Assembly: GCA_043800555.1 (NCBI GenBank)
Contig: JAZDMX010000007.1
Span: 26,683 to 90,682, forward strand
From: Candidatus Omnitrophota bacterium
Lineage (GTDB): Bacteria > Omnitrophota > Gorgyraeia > Gygaellales > Profunditerraquicolaceae
DNA length: 64,000 bases
Reading direction: 5' to 3'
Below, one piece after another: positions 52,956-61,785 of the stretch. The first letter of the stretch is position 1; each line of letters starts with the position of its first letter. Made by a program: the position numbers and the translations under genes. The notes under the pieces were generated by a model, which worked only from the letters and a program-made list of their open reading frames with translations, did no database searches and had not been told where the DNA came from.

Positions 52956-55238
52956 CTAGAAACCAGTTTCTCCTCTTTTCTTAAAACTCAAGGCGCCATG
53001 CTTTGAATACAGTATGGCCCCGAATATCAAGACAACGCAAAGCACGATACTAATTATAACACCCGAGTTAGTTATGCGGTAATGAATAATTATGGGGGCG
53101 GCTAAAAGCGAAACCATATTGATTACCTTAATCATCGGGTTTAGCGCCGGGCCGGCAGTATCCTTTAAGGGATCTCCGACAGTGTCTCCGACAACAGAGG
53201 CCTTATGGCTCTCAGAGCCTTTTCCTCCGTATAAACCGTCTTCAATGGTCTTCTTGGCATTATCCCAGGCGCCGCCAGCGGTGGACATAAAAACCGCCAG
53301 GAGTTGGCCGGAAACAATTACGCCTGCGAGGAACCCGCCTAAAGCCTCAACCCTTAAAACCATCCCGATTAAAAGCGGGCTTAACACTGCGATTAAAGCC
53401 AACCCAATAAGTTCTTTTTGCGCGGATATCGTACAGATATCCACCGCCTTCTTGTAATCCGGCTTAACCTTACCTTCCATTAACCCCGGAGTATGGAACT
53501 GCTTACGCACTTCTTCAACAATCAAAGCCGCTGCTCGGGCAACGGAATTAATCATCAGGCTGGAGAATAAACAGGGGATCGCAGCGCCTATCAAAACGCC
53601 GACAAAGACAATCGGCTCAGATACCCTGATACCGGTTGTTAAGAGCCGCAAAGAATCAACTATTCCCATCTGCGCCTGGACCTTGGTAACATCGGTCAGA
53701 AAGGCGCCGAACAAAGAAACCGCGGCAATTACTGCCGAGCCTATGGCCACACCCTTAGTGATCGCCTTAGTAGTATTTCCTACGGCATCAAGGTCCGCCA
53801 TAATCTGGCGCGCCTGTGGCTCTAAATGCGCCATTTCACCAATGCCGTTAGCGTTATCCGCAATAGGCCCGAATGAATCCATAGCCACGTTATTGCCGGT
53901 TAAAGTAAGCATGCCGATACCGGTCATAGCTACCCCGTAAAGGATAAACACAACGGGTTGGCCCCAATAAATCAGGACGGCAGCCATAATGGTAAGGGCG
54001 ATAACTATAAACTGCCAGGCGCTGGATTCAAGGCCGATTGATATGCCGCGTAAAATCAGGGTGGCCGAACCTGTCCTGCTGGAAGAAGCGATTTCTTTTA
54101 CCGGCGCATGATGCGTATGGGTAAAATACTTGGTTACTTCGTCGATAACAATGGCCAAAACAATACCTATGGCCACAGAAAAGAAGGCCCTCCATTCATG
54201 CATATAATAGTGGGCTAAAATCAAGAACGCAGCTATTGAAATCGCGGCAGACGAATAAAACCCGCGATTAATGCTCTTAAACGCATCCTCTCCTTTACCC
54301 GCCTTTTTGCTCCCTTTAACCAGGTACGTCCCGATAATCGAAGAAAGGACTCCGATACCACGCACTAAAAGCGGAAAAACTATCCACTTCAATTCCCCGG
54401 TAATCGAAACTAACGCCAAGCCTAAGATTAATCCGGACACAATCGTTACTTCATATGACTCGAATATATCCGCGGCCATTCCCGCGCAATCGCCGACATT
54501 ATCCCCTACCAGGTCAGCGATAACCGCGGCATTCCTGGGATCGTCTTCAGGGATATTCTTTTCGACTTTCCCTACAAGATCGGCCCCTACATCGGCGGCC
54601 TTAGTATAAATACCTCCGCCGACGCGCATAAAGAGCGCAAGGAGCGTGCCGCCAAAACCAAAACCCAACAAAACATCGGGAGAAGCAATCCCGAAAATAA
54701 TGAATATGGCCGTGCCGCCTAAAAGGCCAAGGCCATCGGTAAGCATGCCGGTAATGGTCCCTGTGCGGTAAGCAATCTTTAGCGCCTCGGCAAAACTCCG
54801 GCGTGAAGCAGAAGCTACCCGGACATTGCCTTCAACTGCCATACGCATCCCGAATTGGCCTACGGTAAGTGAAAAAAATGCGCCCATAACGAATGCCACA
54901 GCCCTGCCAAAACCAACTATAAGTCGCACCAAGTCCGGAGTAAAATTACTAAAACGCTTTAATGCCTCTTCGCTCGGCGGAATGACATATACCGAAAAAA
55001 ACAAAACAGCGGTGAGGGCTAAAATTAAAGGAAGTATGCTTTTTAACTGGCGGCTTAGATAGGCGTCGGCGCCTGTGCGTATCGCATTCCAGACATCCTG
55101 CATGCCTTGAGTCCCCTTATCCTGGCTTAAAACCTGTTTGCGCAAGAAAAGCGCATAACCTAATCCCAAAAAAGCAATTAAAAGCACGCCCCAAATCGCA
55201 ACCATTTCAAAAGCACTCGCATTCATCAAACCTAGCAT
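52956..55238 (-). CDS. hppA: Membrane-bound proton-translocating pyrophosphatase, K+-independent type
   Basis: 760 aa. GGGIYTKAADVGADLVGKVE and DNVGDCAG motifs. GNTTKA (Lys instead of Ala) marks the K+-insensitive H+-PPase clade. Confidence 0.9.
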   Translation of the reverse strand: MLGLMNASAFEMVAIWGVLLIAFLGLGYALFLRKQVLSQDKGTQGMQDVWNAIRTGADAYLSRQLKSILPLILALTAVLFFSVYVIPPSEEALKRFSNFTPDLVRLIVGFGRAVAFVMGAFFSLTVGQFGMRMAVEGNVRVASASRRSFAEALKIAYRTGTITGMLTDGLGLLGGTAIFIIFGIASPDVLLGFGFGGTLLALFMRVGGGIYTKAADVGADLVGKVEKNIPEDDPRNAAVIADLVGDNVGDCAGMAADIFESYEVTIVSGLILGLALVSITGELKWIVFPLLVRGIGVLSSIIGTYLVKGSKKAGKGEDAFKSINRGFYSSAAISIAAFLILAHYYMHEWRAFFSVAIGIVLAIVIDEVTKYFTHTHHAPVKEIASSSRTGSATLILRGISIGLESSAWQFIVIALTIMAAVLIYWGQPVVFILYGVAMTGIGMLTLTGNNVAMDSFGPIADNANGIGEMAHLEPQARQIMADLDAVGNTTKAITKGVAIGSAVIAAVSLFGAFLTDVTKVQAQMGIVDSLRLLTTGIRVSEPIVFVGVLIGAAIPCLFSSLMINSVARAAALIVEEVRKQFHTPGLMEGKVKPDYKKAVDICTISAQKELIGLALIAVLSPLLIGMVLRVEALGGFLAGVIVSGQLLAVFMSTAGGAWDNAKKTIEDGLYGGKGSESHKASVVGDTVGDPLKDTAGPALNPMIKVINMVSLLAAPIIIHYRITNSGVIISIVLCVVLIFGAILYSKHGALSFKKRGETGF

Positions 55239-55297
55239 TTTGCTACTTCTCCTTTCCCGTTTCTATACCTACGCTCCTAGCCTTACTTTCTATAGAT

Positions 55298-55705
55298 TTA
55301 TTGAGCCGTCGTTGCCGCAATATTCAAATTCCTGACGCCCGCTGCATTTAAAATATCCAACACGCCTACTATGTCTTTAAAACGCACAAGCCTATCCGAA
55401 CTTACGATTACCCCGAGAGAAGGATTATTCTTGCGCCTTAAACCAATCTTTTCCTTTAACTCCTTGCGAGTCACCACAGTTGCGTCCAGATATACCACGC
55501 CTTCATCAGTTATGGCTATATTAACCGGGCTCATATCATTTACCGGGGCCGCGCTGGAAGCCTGCGGTAAGTTTACTTTAAGGCTCGATTGAAGTATTAA
55601 CGGCGTTGTTATCATGAATATTATCAAAAGAACTAAAATAACGTCGGTAAAAGGAGTTATGTTTATCTCGGCGATTAATCTTTGTTTGGGCTTGCGTAAG
55701 TTCAT
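55298..55705 (-). CDS. exbD: ExbD/TolR family biopolymer transport protein
   Basis: INITPFTDVILVLLIIFMITTP is the signature N-terminal TM helix. 135 aa. Confidence 0.8.
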   Translation of the reverse strand: MNLRKPKQRLIAEINITPFTDVILVLLIIFMITTPLILQSSLKVNLPQASSAAPVNDMSPVNIAITDEGVVYLDATVVTRKELKEKIGLRRKNNPSLGVIVSSDRLVRFKDIVGVLDILNAAGVRNLNIAATTAQ

Positions 55706-56367
55706 TTCCGCTTAATGGCCGGGCCTTCGGCCCCGCCAGATGTTGATGGCGAGCGTAACCGGACCATCAATAAATCCATTGTTTCAGAAGCGCACAATTC
55801 CATATCGGTAATAAAATTATCTATCGACTTACTGAAATAATTATACGCGATAACCGCGGGTACCGCAACACAAAGGCCCATAGCCGTGCAAGCCAAAGAT
55901 TCGGATATACCGCTGATAACTACGCTTATACCTCCGGAGCCAGCCATCGATATATCGTGAAAAGCCCGGATAATTCCCAGAACCGTGCCAAAAAGACCGA
56001 TATAAACAGCCGTGCTTCCGATTGTCCCTACTACGCTTGTATATCTCTCAAGTTTAACCGTTTCAATCGCTATCTCTCTTTCCATGGTGTTGGATATGAG
56101 CATTTCGCTATGGCCGGCTAAATTCAGCCCCGCATACACGACGCTTGAAAAAGGGGTGTCCGTATTCTTGCAGGTATCCAGGGCCCTGGTTGTATTCCCT
56201 TTTTCCAGTTCTCCCGATACCTCCGACATAAAATCCGTTCTTTTTATCCTGGATCTCTTACGGTAATAAAAATACCTCTCCATGATAATAGCTAACGATA
56301 AAATCGAGCAAGCTAAAAGTATATATATCGTTAAACCGCCGCTTCGAAGCATCTGCCATATGGTCAT
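55702..56367 (-). CDS. exbB: MotA/TolQ/ExbB proton-channel family protein
   Basis: Three TM helices with conserved ...GLFGTVLGIIRAF... region; translationally coupled to exbD. Confidence 0.8.
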   Translation of the reverse strand: MTIWQMLRSGGLTIYILLACSILSLAIIMERYFYYRKRSRIKRTDFMSEVSGELEKGNTTRALDTCKNTDTPFSSVVYAGLNLAGHSEMLISNTMEREIAIETVKLERYTSVVGTIGSTAVYIGLFGTVLGIIRAFHDISMAGSGGISVVISGISESLACTAMGLCVAVPAVIAYNYFSKSIDNFITDMELCASETMDLLMVRLRSPSTSGGAEGPAIKRK

Positions 56368-56428
56368 TTATTGCCTCCCTATCAAAATAAAATAGCGCAT
56401 TATAGATCGCGGGCAAATCCGCCATCCC

Positions 56429-57031
56429 TTATCTACCATGCATCACTCTCTTTCTCTTCTTGGCGTAAACTAAATTCAGTATCTTGTATGCCAAAAATAT
56501 CAATATTGCAAAAATAACGAGAATTAAAACCACCTTTGTATATTTCACGATTGCCGCCCCGAAAAGGGCCAAAAGCAATATCCTGGGAATTACTCCGATT
56601 AATGTGCAAAATACGAATGGCACAAACGGTATGCAGGTAATGCCCGCGGCAATTGAAAAAACCTTAAACGGGACTATCGGAATCACCCTGCCGATAAGAA
56701 CGCTCATTACTCCGTATTTTTTGGCAAACTCCTCTGCCTTATAAATATGCTGGGGCTTAATAAGTATGAACCTGCCAAACTTCAATAATACCGGCATAGC
56801 AGCATACCTGCCGAGGCAATACCCTACCATGGCCCCCAAGGTCGAACCTAGCGAACCGAAGATAAGGACTGAGCCTAAAGGGATTCCGATTGCGCCGGCG
56901 CTCACGATGATCACTTCAGACGGTATCGGCACTATGCATGATTCAAAGAACATGGCCAGAAAAACGCCTAAATCCCCGAATTTAGGGATTAGGCCGGTTA
57001 AATCATGCTGCAGCAAACTGGATAAATGCAC
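56429..57031 (-). CDS. DedA/TVP38 family membrane protein
   Basis: FLAMFFESCIVPIPSEVIIVSAGA matches the DedA re-entrant motif region. 200 aa. Confidence 0.75.
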   Translation of the reverse strand: MHLSSLLQHDLTGLIPKFGDLGVFLAMFFESCIVPIPSEVIIVSAGAIGIPLGSVLIFGSLGSTLGAMVGYCLGRYAAMPVLLKFGRFILIKPQHIYKAEEFAKKYGVMSVLIGRVIPIVPFKVFSIAAGITCIPFVPFVFCTLIGVIPRILLLALFGAAIVKYTKVVLILVIFAILIFLAYKILNLVYAKKRKRVMHGR

Positions 57032-57040
57032 AATCCCCTT

Positions 57041-57397
57041 CTATTGCTTATAATGAAAAACTACTCTCAGTTTATTTTTATCCAATTGCGCCAACTCTAC
57101 CTCTTTAGTCGCCTCCAGCGCCTTTTTCGGGCAGGAATCTACGCACTGCGCGCAATAAATGCAACGGCTCAGATCAAACACAGCTTCAAATTTATTCTCG
57201 CCGGTTTTATTAATGGTAATGGCATTGGTCGGGCAATCCCGCATGCACATTTTGCAGCCAATGCATTTTTCGGGATCAAATTTAATTTTCCCCCGGAACC
57301 TATCCGGCATCTCCAACTTTTGCGCCGGATATAAATTCGTAGCCGGTTTCTTAAAGATAGAACCCAAGACCTCCCTCAACATCTTTGCCGGTCTCAT
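57041..57397 (-). CDS. 2x[4Fe-4S] ferredoxin-like subunit (NuoI/MbhN-like) of the membrane-bound hydrogenase
   Basis: Two CxxCxxCxxxCP motifs: CIGCKMCMRDCP and CIYCAQCVDSCP. Confidence 0.75.
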   Translation of the reverse strand: MRPAKMLREVLGSIFKKPATNLYPAQKLEMPDRFRGKIKFDPEKCIGCKMCMRDCPTNAITINKTGENKFEAVFDLSRCIYCAQCVDSCPKKALEATKEVELAQLDKNKLRVVFHYKQ

Positions 57398-58335
57398 TTT
57401 AAAAAGGCTCCTTTCAAGATAAGGTTAAGCAAAAGTTGCAATAGCGCTAAGGGAACCAGGAATTTCCAACAAAAACTAATCATCTGGTCTATGCGCAGGC
57501 GCGCCACAACTGTGCGTAATAACGCGATCAAACTTACGATACATAAGACCTTGATAACAAAAATCATAAACCCTAACACGGGATTTACGTTTAAGCCAAA
57601 AGGAAAAAATACCAACGCCAACAAAGCGCTTCCGGCAATCATTTCTACGTCCAGGGTCATTCTTAAAAAAGCAAGCATCCTCCCGCTATATTCGGTAAAA
57701 CCTCCGGCGACTACTTCTGTTTCGGCTTCCGGGATATCAAAAGGCACCTTTTCAAGCTTGCCCAGCAAACTAACTAAAGATACGCCAAAACCTAACAAGT
57801 TAAACGCCCAAAACCACGGATGCGCCATATAAAAATCCGCTAATTTCTTTAACGACCAGGTATCTGCCAGGAGCGCCGAAGAAAGAATGCCCATAAACAG
57901 CGGGACCTCATAGGCAAATAACTGGGTAAGCGAGCGCACTGAACCGATCCTGGAATATAACGAAGTTGAATACCAGCCGCCGATAAAAAATGCCAAAGTT
58001 GGCAGCGTCAACAAATAAAGCACAACTATGATATCGCCGTTAAAAGAAAAAAGCGCGCCTGTTTTCCAAAGAGGAATGTAGAGAAACGCGGTTACTGCCG
58101 AAGCCAAAGCAAATATCGGGGCAATTTTAAACATCTTAGGGTTGGACTCAGCCGGGATAATATCTTCTTTAGCCAAAAGCTTGATAAAATCCGCGAAAGG
58201 CTGAAACCACGGCGGCCCGACCCTGTTTTGCAACCGGGCATAAATCTTCCGATCGATGAATTCCGCGATTAAGGCGAAAATGACCAAGAAAATCAACCCC
58301 GGGAACACAATGATATAAAATAATGATCCTGCCAT
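57394..58335 (-). CDS. NuoH/MbhM-like integral membrane subunit of the membrane-bound hydrogenase
   Basis: MAGSLFYIIVFPGLIFLVIFALIAEFIDRKIYARLQNRVGPPWFQPFADFIKLL aligns with the NuoH N-terminus. Start set to the ATG at 58335 (GAGG SD). The ORF-track GTG at 58362 runs toward repeat E. Confidence 0.8.
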   Translation of the reverse strand: MAGSLFYIIVFPGLIFLVIFALIAEFIDRKIYARLQNRVGPPWFQPFADFIKLLAKEDIIPAESNPKMFKIAPIFALASAVTAFLYIPLWKTGALFSFNGDIIVVLYLLTLPTLAFFIGGWYSTSLYSRIGSVRSLTQLFAYEVPLFMGILSSALLADTWSLKKLADFYMAHPWFWAFNLLGFGVSLVSLLGKLEKVPFDIPEAETEVVAGGFTEYSGRMLAFLRMTLDVEMIAGSALLALVFFPFGLNVNPVLGFMIFVIKVLCIVSLIALLRTVVARLRIDQMISFCWKFLVPLALLQLLLNLILKGAFLK

Positions 58336-58364
58336 AATTGCCTCAACACCCTCTCTAACCACAA

Positions 58365-58420
58365 AATTCCAATGCGGGTTTGGAACGTGCTTAAAACCTA
58401 TTCCAAACCCGCATTGGAAT
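58365..58420. repeat. Palindromic repeat, copy E, located inside the hydrogenase operon (between large subunit and NuoH-like genes)
   Basis: AATTCCAATGCGGGTTTGGAAC-gtgcttaaaaccta-TTCCAAACCCGCATTGGAAT. The loop is the reverse complement of the loop of copy F. Confidence 0.85.
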
Positions 58421-58428
58421 AGGTTTAA

Positions 58429-59664
58429 TTACTTCGATAACCTATCCTGAAGCTTTTTATTAAGCGGGGTAAAATCTATTCCCCGTTCCCTATGCCATTG
58501 TACGCTGTAAGCATGCAAAGCGGACCAGTTAACTACTTTGTCCCCGGCGCAATCCTGCTCCCTCAAACGGACCATCCGGTCAGTGCAGGAAAAACACGGG
58601 TCAATTGCCGCAATCACTATCGGCATGTCTGCCAAGAATCTATCGCGAAGCATATGCTTTACCGCCTGGACATTGGCTAAAGTAGGAGCCCTGATTTTCA
58701 CCCTATCCGGTTTTTCAGTGCCGTTAGATTTAACATAATGCACATCTTCTCCACGCGGAGCCTCATAACGGCTGATTGCCTCTCCGGCAGGGATCTTACG
58801 CGGCGCCCTTACTGCTACCGGGCCATCGGGCAAATTCTTAAGCGCCTGGCGGATAATTTTATAACTCTCCAAGAGTTCTTTCACCCGCACCACCGTCCTG
58901 CCGTAAACATCGCAATGATCATCGGTAACCACATTAAAAGAAAGCTCCCCGTAAGCGGCATAAGGATCATCGGCCCGGACATCCCGCTTAACTCCGCTTG
59001 CCCGGGCAGTCGGCCCTACTGCGTCAAGCCGCAAAACATCTTCACGCAAAAGTATTCCTACCCCGGATAATCTTTTAATTATAGTAGTTTCTTCGGTAGC
59101 AACCTCAATATAATATTTGGTCCTTTCTTCGAGAGTTTCCAGCCCTTTAAGTATCTCCTGCGCCTGTTGGGGGCTTATGTCGCGCCGGACTCCGCCAATA
59201 GTATTCATCCCGTAATTAACCCTATTGCCGCTAATAGAAGCGAGTATATCCATTACCACTTCCCTGTCCCTCCATGAATACATAAGCAAGGTATCGAAAC
59301 CGATTTCATGTCCGGCGACACCCAACCATAAAAGATGGCTATGGATTCTTTCTAATTCAGCAATGATGGTGCGGATATACAAGGCCCGAGGCGGGACAGC
59401 TAATCCGGCAATCTCTTCAACCGCTTGGATAAAACACGTAGAATGAGAATGCGAACAGATACCGCAGACGCGTTCGATAAGGTAGATATCCTGTATATAA
59501 GTCCTCTCTTCGGCTGCCTTTTCTATGCCGCGATGATTATAGCCCAAGCGGATATCCACGCCAAGGATCTTCTCGCCTTTAAGCGCGACGCTAAAACCTT
59601 CCGGTTCTTTTAAGGCCGGGTGCTGAGGGCCAATTGGAATCTTAAAATCTGGTGAATTACGCAT
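58429..59664 (-). CDS. Group 4 [NiFe]-hydrogenase large subunit (NuoD/MbhL/EchE-like) retaining both Ni-Fe ligand motifs
   Basis: L1 motif RVCGICSHSH (C-G-I-C-S-x-x-H) near the N-terminus and L2 motif DPCFSCTDR near the C-terminus. Confidence 0.8.
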   Translation of the reverse strand: MRNSPDFKIPIGPQHPALKEPEGFSVALKGEKILGVDIRLGYNHRGIEKAAEERTYIQDIYLIERVCGICSHSHSTCFIQAVEEIAGLAVPPRALYIRTIIAELERIHSHLLWLGVAGHEIGFDTLLMYSWRDREVVMDILASISGNRVNYGMNTIGGVRRDISPQQAQEILKGLETLEERTKYYIEVATEETTIIKRLSGVGILLREDVLRLDAVGPTARASGVKRDVRADDPYAAYGELSFNVVTDDHCDVYGRTVVRVKELLESYKIIRQALKNLPDGPVAVRAPRKIPAGEAISRYEAPRGEDVHYVKSNGTEKPDRVKIRAPTLANVQAVKHMLRDRFLADMPIVIAAIDPCFSCTDRMVRLREQDCAGDKVVNWSALHAYSVQWHRERGIDFTPLNKKLQDRLSK

Positions 59665-60136
59665 TTTTGCCTACCTCGCCTTCTTTAGCCGGCTTGGCTT
59701 TCCAGTCTTTCCTCAAAGGATACTCGCCGGCTGGCCAGTCATCGGTCAAGGGATACCGATTACCAGAGCCTAAACCATCAACCTCGGCTCCGAACAAATC
59801 CACTAACTCCCTCTCGTAAATCTCCGCACCGGGAAAATAAGGAATAACCGTCTTGATTACTGGAGCGTTTTTTGGGGCAGCCGTCTTTAGATTAACCAAA
59901 ATCCCTGAATCAGCTGCCAAATGGTATATAAATCCCAATGTTTCCTGCTCATCCAAGCCGGTTATCGTGCATAAATGCGAAAATCGCAGGTCCTTGGCTA
60001 AATACGCAAAAACCGGCATAAAATTATCCAAACCGACTTCAACGGATATGCGCCGGGGCCGGATTATCCTGACGGAATCGCTAAGATAATTAAACTTGTT
60101 AACTAGGCTCTCTTTAATTTCTTCTTCCTGGGACAT
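59657..60136 (-). CDS. NuoC/MbhK-like 30-kDa subunit of the hydrogenase
   Basis: 159 aa. ...LCTITGLDEQE...ERELVDLFG is the NuoC-family core (ERE-x2-D-x-FG). Confidence 0.75.
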   Translation of the reverse strand: MSQEEEIKESLVNKFNYLSDSVRIIRPRRISVEVGLDNFMPVFAYLAKDLRFSHLCTITGLDEQETLGFIYHLAADSGILVNLKTAAPKNAPVIKTVIPYFPGAEIYERELVDLFGAEVDGLGSGNRYPLTDDWPAGEYPLRKDWKAKPAKEGEVGKNA

Positions 60137-60138
60137 AA

Positions 60139-60597
60139 TTACCTCCCGCTCTTCTTAATTTCTTCTTTTTCTTCAAGGCTAGTCAAAAGTTTGACCACGC
60201 CATCAATAATTGCCTTGGGGCTGGCCGGGCAACCCGGGATATATGCTGAGACAGGAATAACTTTATCTATACCCGAAGCTACGTTATAACATTTATCAAA
60301 CACGCCGCCGGAACAAGCGCAGGTACCAACCGCCACCACGAATTTCGGCTCAGGCATCTGTTCATAAATGCGGCGCAGCCTGTCTTCTATCTGTTTGGTT
60401 ACCGGGCCTGAACAAACCAAAACATCCGCATGGCGAGGCGTTCCTTTCAAGACCACCCCAAAACGCTCCAAATCATACCTTGGGGTTAAGGCAGCAATGA
60501 TTTCAATATCGCAAGCATTGCAGGCTCCGGTATTGAAATGCAAAATCCACGGTGATTTTATCCTTGCCCAAGTAACTATTTTCTTGACTAAACCCAT
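60139..60597 (-). CDS. Hydrogenase small subunit (NuoB/MbhJ-like, proximal [4Fe-4S] cluster)
   Basis: GACNACDIE (CxxC, hydrogenase-type rather than NuoB CC) ... GTCACSGG ... IPGCPASP. Start set to the ATG at 60597 (MGLVKK...); the ORF-track 20-aa extension is a translation of repeat copy F. Confidence 0.8.
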   Translation of the reverse strand: MGLVKKIVTWARIKSPWILHFNTGACNACDIEIIAALTPRYDLERFGVVLKGTPRHADVLVCSGPVTKQIEDRLRRIYEQMPEPKFVVAVGTCACSGGVFDKCYNVASGIDKVIPVSAYIPGCPASPKAIIDGVVKLLTSLEEKEEIKKSGR

Positions 60598-60607
60598 AAT
60601 CTTAACC

Positions 60608-60664
60608 AGTTCCAATGCGGGTTTGGAATAGGTTTTGAGCACGTTCCAAACCCGCATTGGAACT
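60608..60664. repeat. Palindromic repeat, copy F, inside the hydrogenase operon (between NuoA-like and small-subunit genes)
   Basis: AGTTCCAATGCGGGTTTGGAAT-aggttttgagcac-GTTCCAAACCCGCATTGGAACT. Same unit as copy E in opposite orientation. Confidence 0.85.
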
Positions 60665-60667
60665 TAC

Positions 60668-61000
60668 CTATTTCCTTAATAATACATATAAACCAATGAT
60701 ACCGCCGATAATATAAAAAATAGCCATAATCAAAGCGCCAATATTAACAAAATGCATAGTAGCAATCATCAAAGTAGAGACATGCGCTAAAGTAAAGAAA
60801 AAAGCAAAAGGAAAAAACTGGCTGTAATCAGGCTGCGCGGAATTATCAAAATTACTCTCTCCGCAGGCATAAGATTCATAGGAGTCTGCCTTGGGTTTAT
60901 TCGAGCGATATGCCAGCCTAGAAAATAAACGGTTAAGCAGGAATAATAAAACCAGCACTATTACAAAAGCTACTGCCGGATTAGCAAGCCAGTTACCCAT
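60668..61000 (-). CDS. NuoA/ND3-like small membrane subunit (MbhI-position)
   Basis: 110 aa, three TM helices, YESYACGE loop resembling the NuoA YECG motif. Confidence 0.5.
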   Translation of the reverse strand: MGNWLANPAVAFVIVLVLLFLLNRLFSRLAYRSNKPKADSYESYACGESNFDNSAQPDYSQFFPFAFFFTLAHVSTLMIATMHFVNIGALIMAIFYIIGGIIGLYVLLRK

Positions 61001-61006
61001 TAAAAA

Positions 61007-61300
61007 TTATCCTTTCAGCTTCCTGATGTTCCTTGCGTCCAATGAATTGGTGTGGCGATGGATCCCTAAAACAACGCCAACCGCTACAGTCATGATTACG
61101 ACTTCTATTACAATAATAGTAATTACCAGCGCCTGGGCCAAAGCCAGGTTACCGCTTTTTAAGCCAGCAGATATAACTAAAAGCGTAACCGCTTTAATCA
61201 GGATTTCGATTCCGATTAAAACCCGGATTAAATTATGGGTCGCCAGGATGCAGTAAATTCCGATAACAAAAAGTAAAACTACAAAAATTCCGCTAACCAC
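61007..61300 (-). CDS. NuoK/MrpC-like small membrane subunit
   Basis: Three TM helices (FVVLLFVIGIYCILA...). Start moved to the GTG at 61300, immediately preceded by AAGGAAG and 4 nt after the upstream stop. The ORF-track start at 61378 would overlap the upstream gene by 86 nt. Confidence 0.55.
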   Translation of the reverse strand: MVSGIFVVLLFVIGIYCILATHNLIRVLIGIEILIKAVTLLVISAGLKSGNLALAQALVITIIVIEVVIMTVAVGVVLGIHRHTNSLDARNIRKLKG

Positions 61301-61784
61301 CCTTCTTCCTTTCCTTAAATAATACCACGACTCCGAAAACTCCGGTAAAGAGTATGATAATCTGCCCCAGTAAATCAAGCTGCCTTAAATGCCATAAAAC
61401 CAGGCGCGGGTCAGGCTCAACTTCGGGTAAAGGTAATTTCGCCTTAAAGCTCATGCTCGCTAAGCCAAGCGCTATCCCCAGAATTATTATTATCAAAGGC
61501 AGCCCCCGGAAACGCTCAAGCCTTGACTTCATATGCTCGATAACCTCTTTATGAGTCATAGCCTGAGTCAGGCTGATTACGCTGATAAACAAAACCGGGA
61601 TTAACCCTGCGCAAACAGACAATTCAAAGACTGCCGCCAAGGAAGCGTTCATCCTGAAAATTATCAAAGTCAAAACCGCGCTCATTAAGGCTAGGCCGAT
61701 AGCCGAACGTAAAAGGCTCCTGGTCATTACTGTCCAGAGCGCCGCGATAACCAATAACACTAAAATCAACACATCCAGGAACAA
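61293..61784 (-). CDS. MrpB/MnhB-like membrane subunit (MbhD/E-like)
   Basis: 163 aa, four TM helices, in the Mrp-module position upstream of NuoK-like. Confidence 0.5.
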   Translation of the reverse strand: MFLDVLILVLLVIAALWTVMTRSLLRSAIGLALMSAVLTLIIFRMNASLAAVFELSVCAGLIPVLFISVISLTQAMTHKEVIEHMKSRLERFRGLPLIIIILGIALGLASMSFKAKLPLPEVEPDPRLVLWHLRQLDLLGQIIILFTGVFGVVVLFKERKKGG

Positions 61785-61785
61785 A

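Noticed and set aside
58429-59664. Annotating this ORF simply as NADH-quinone oxidoreductase subunit D (complex I), as the nuoA-B-C-D-H-I gene order suggests
   Set aside because: Both Ni-Fe ligand motifs (CGICSHSH and DPCFSCTDR) are intact, and the partner small subunit has CxxC rather than CC. The hydrogenase assignment is preferred.
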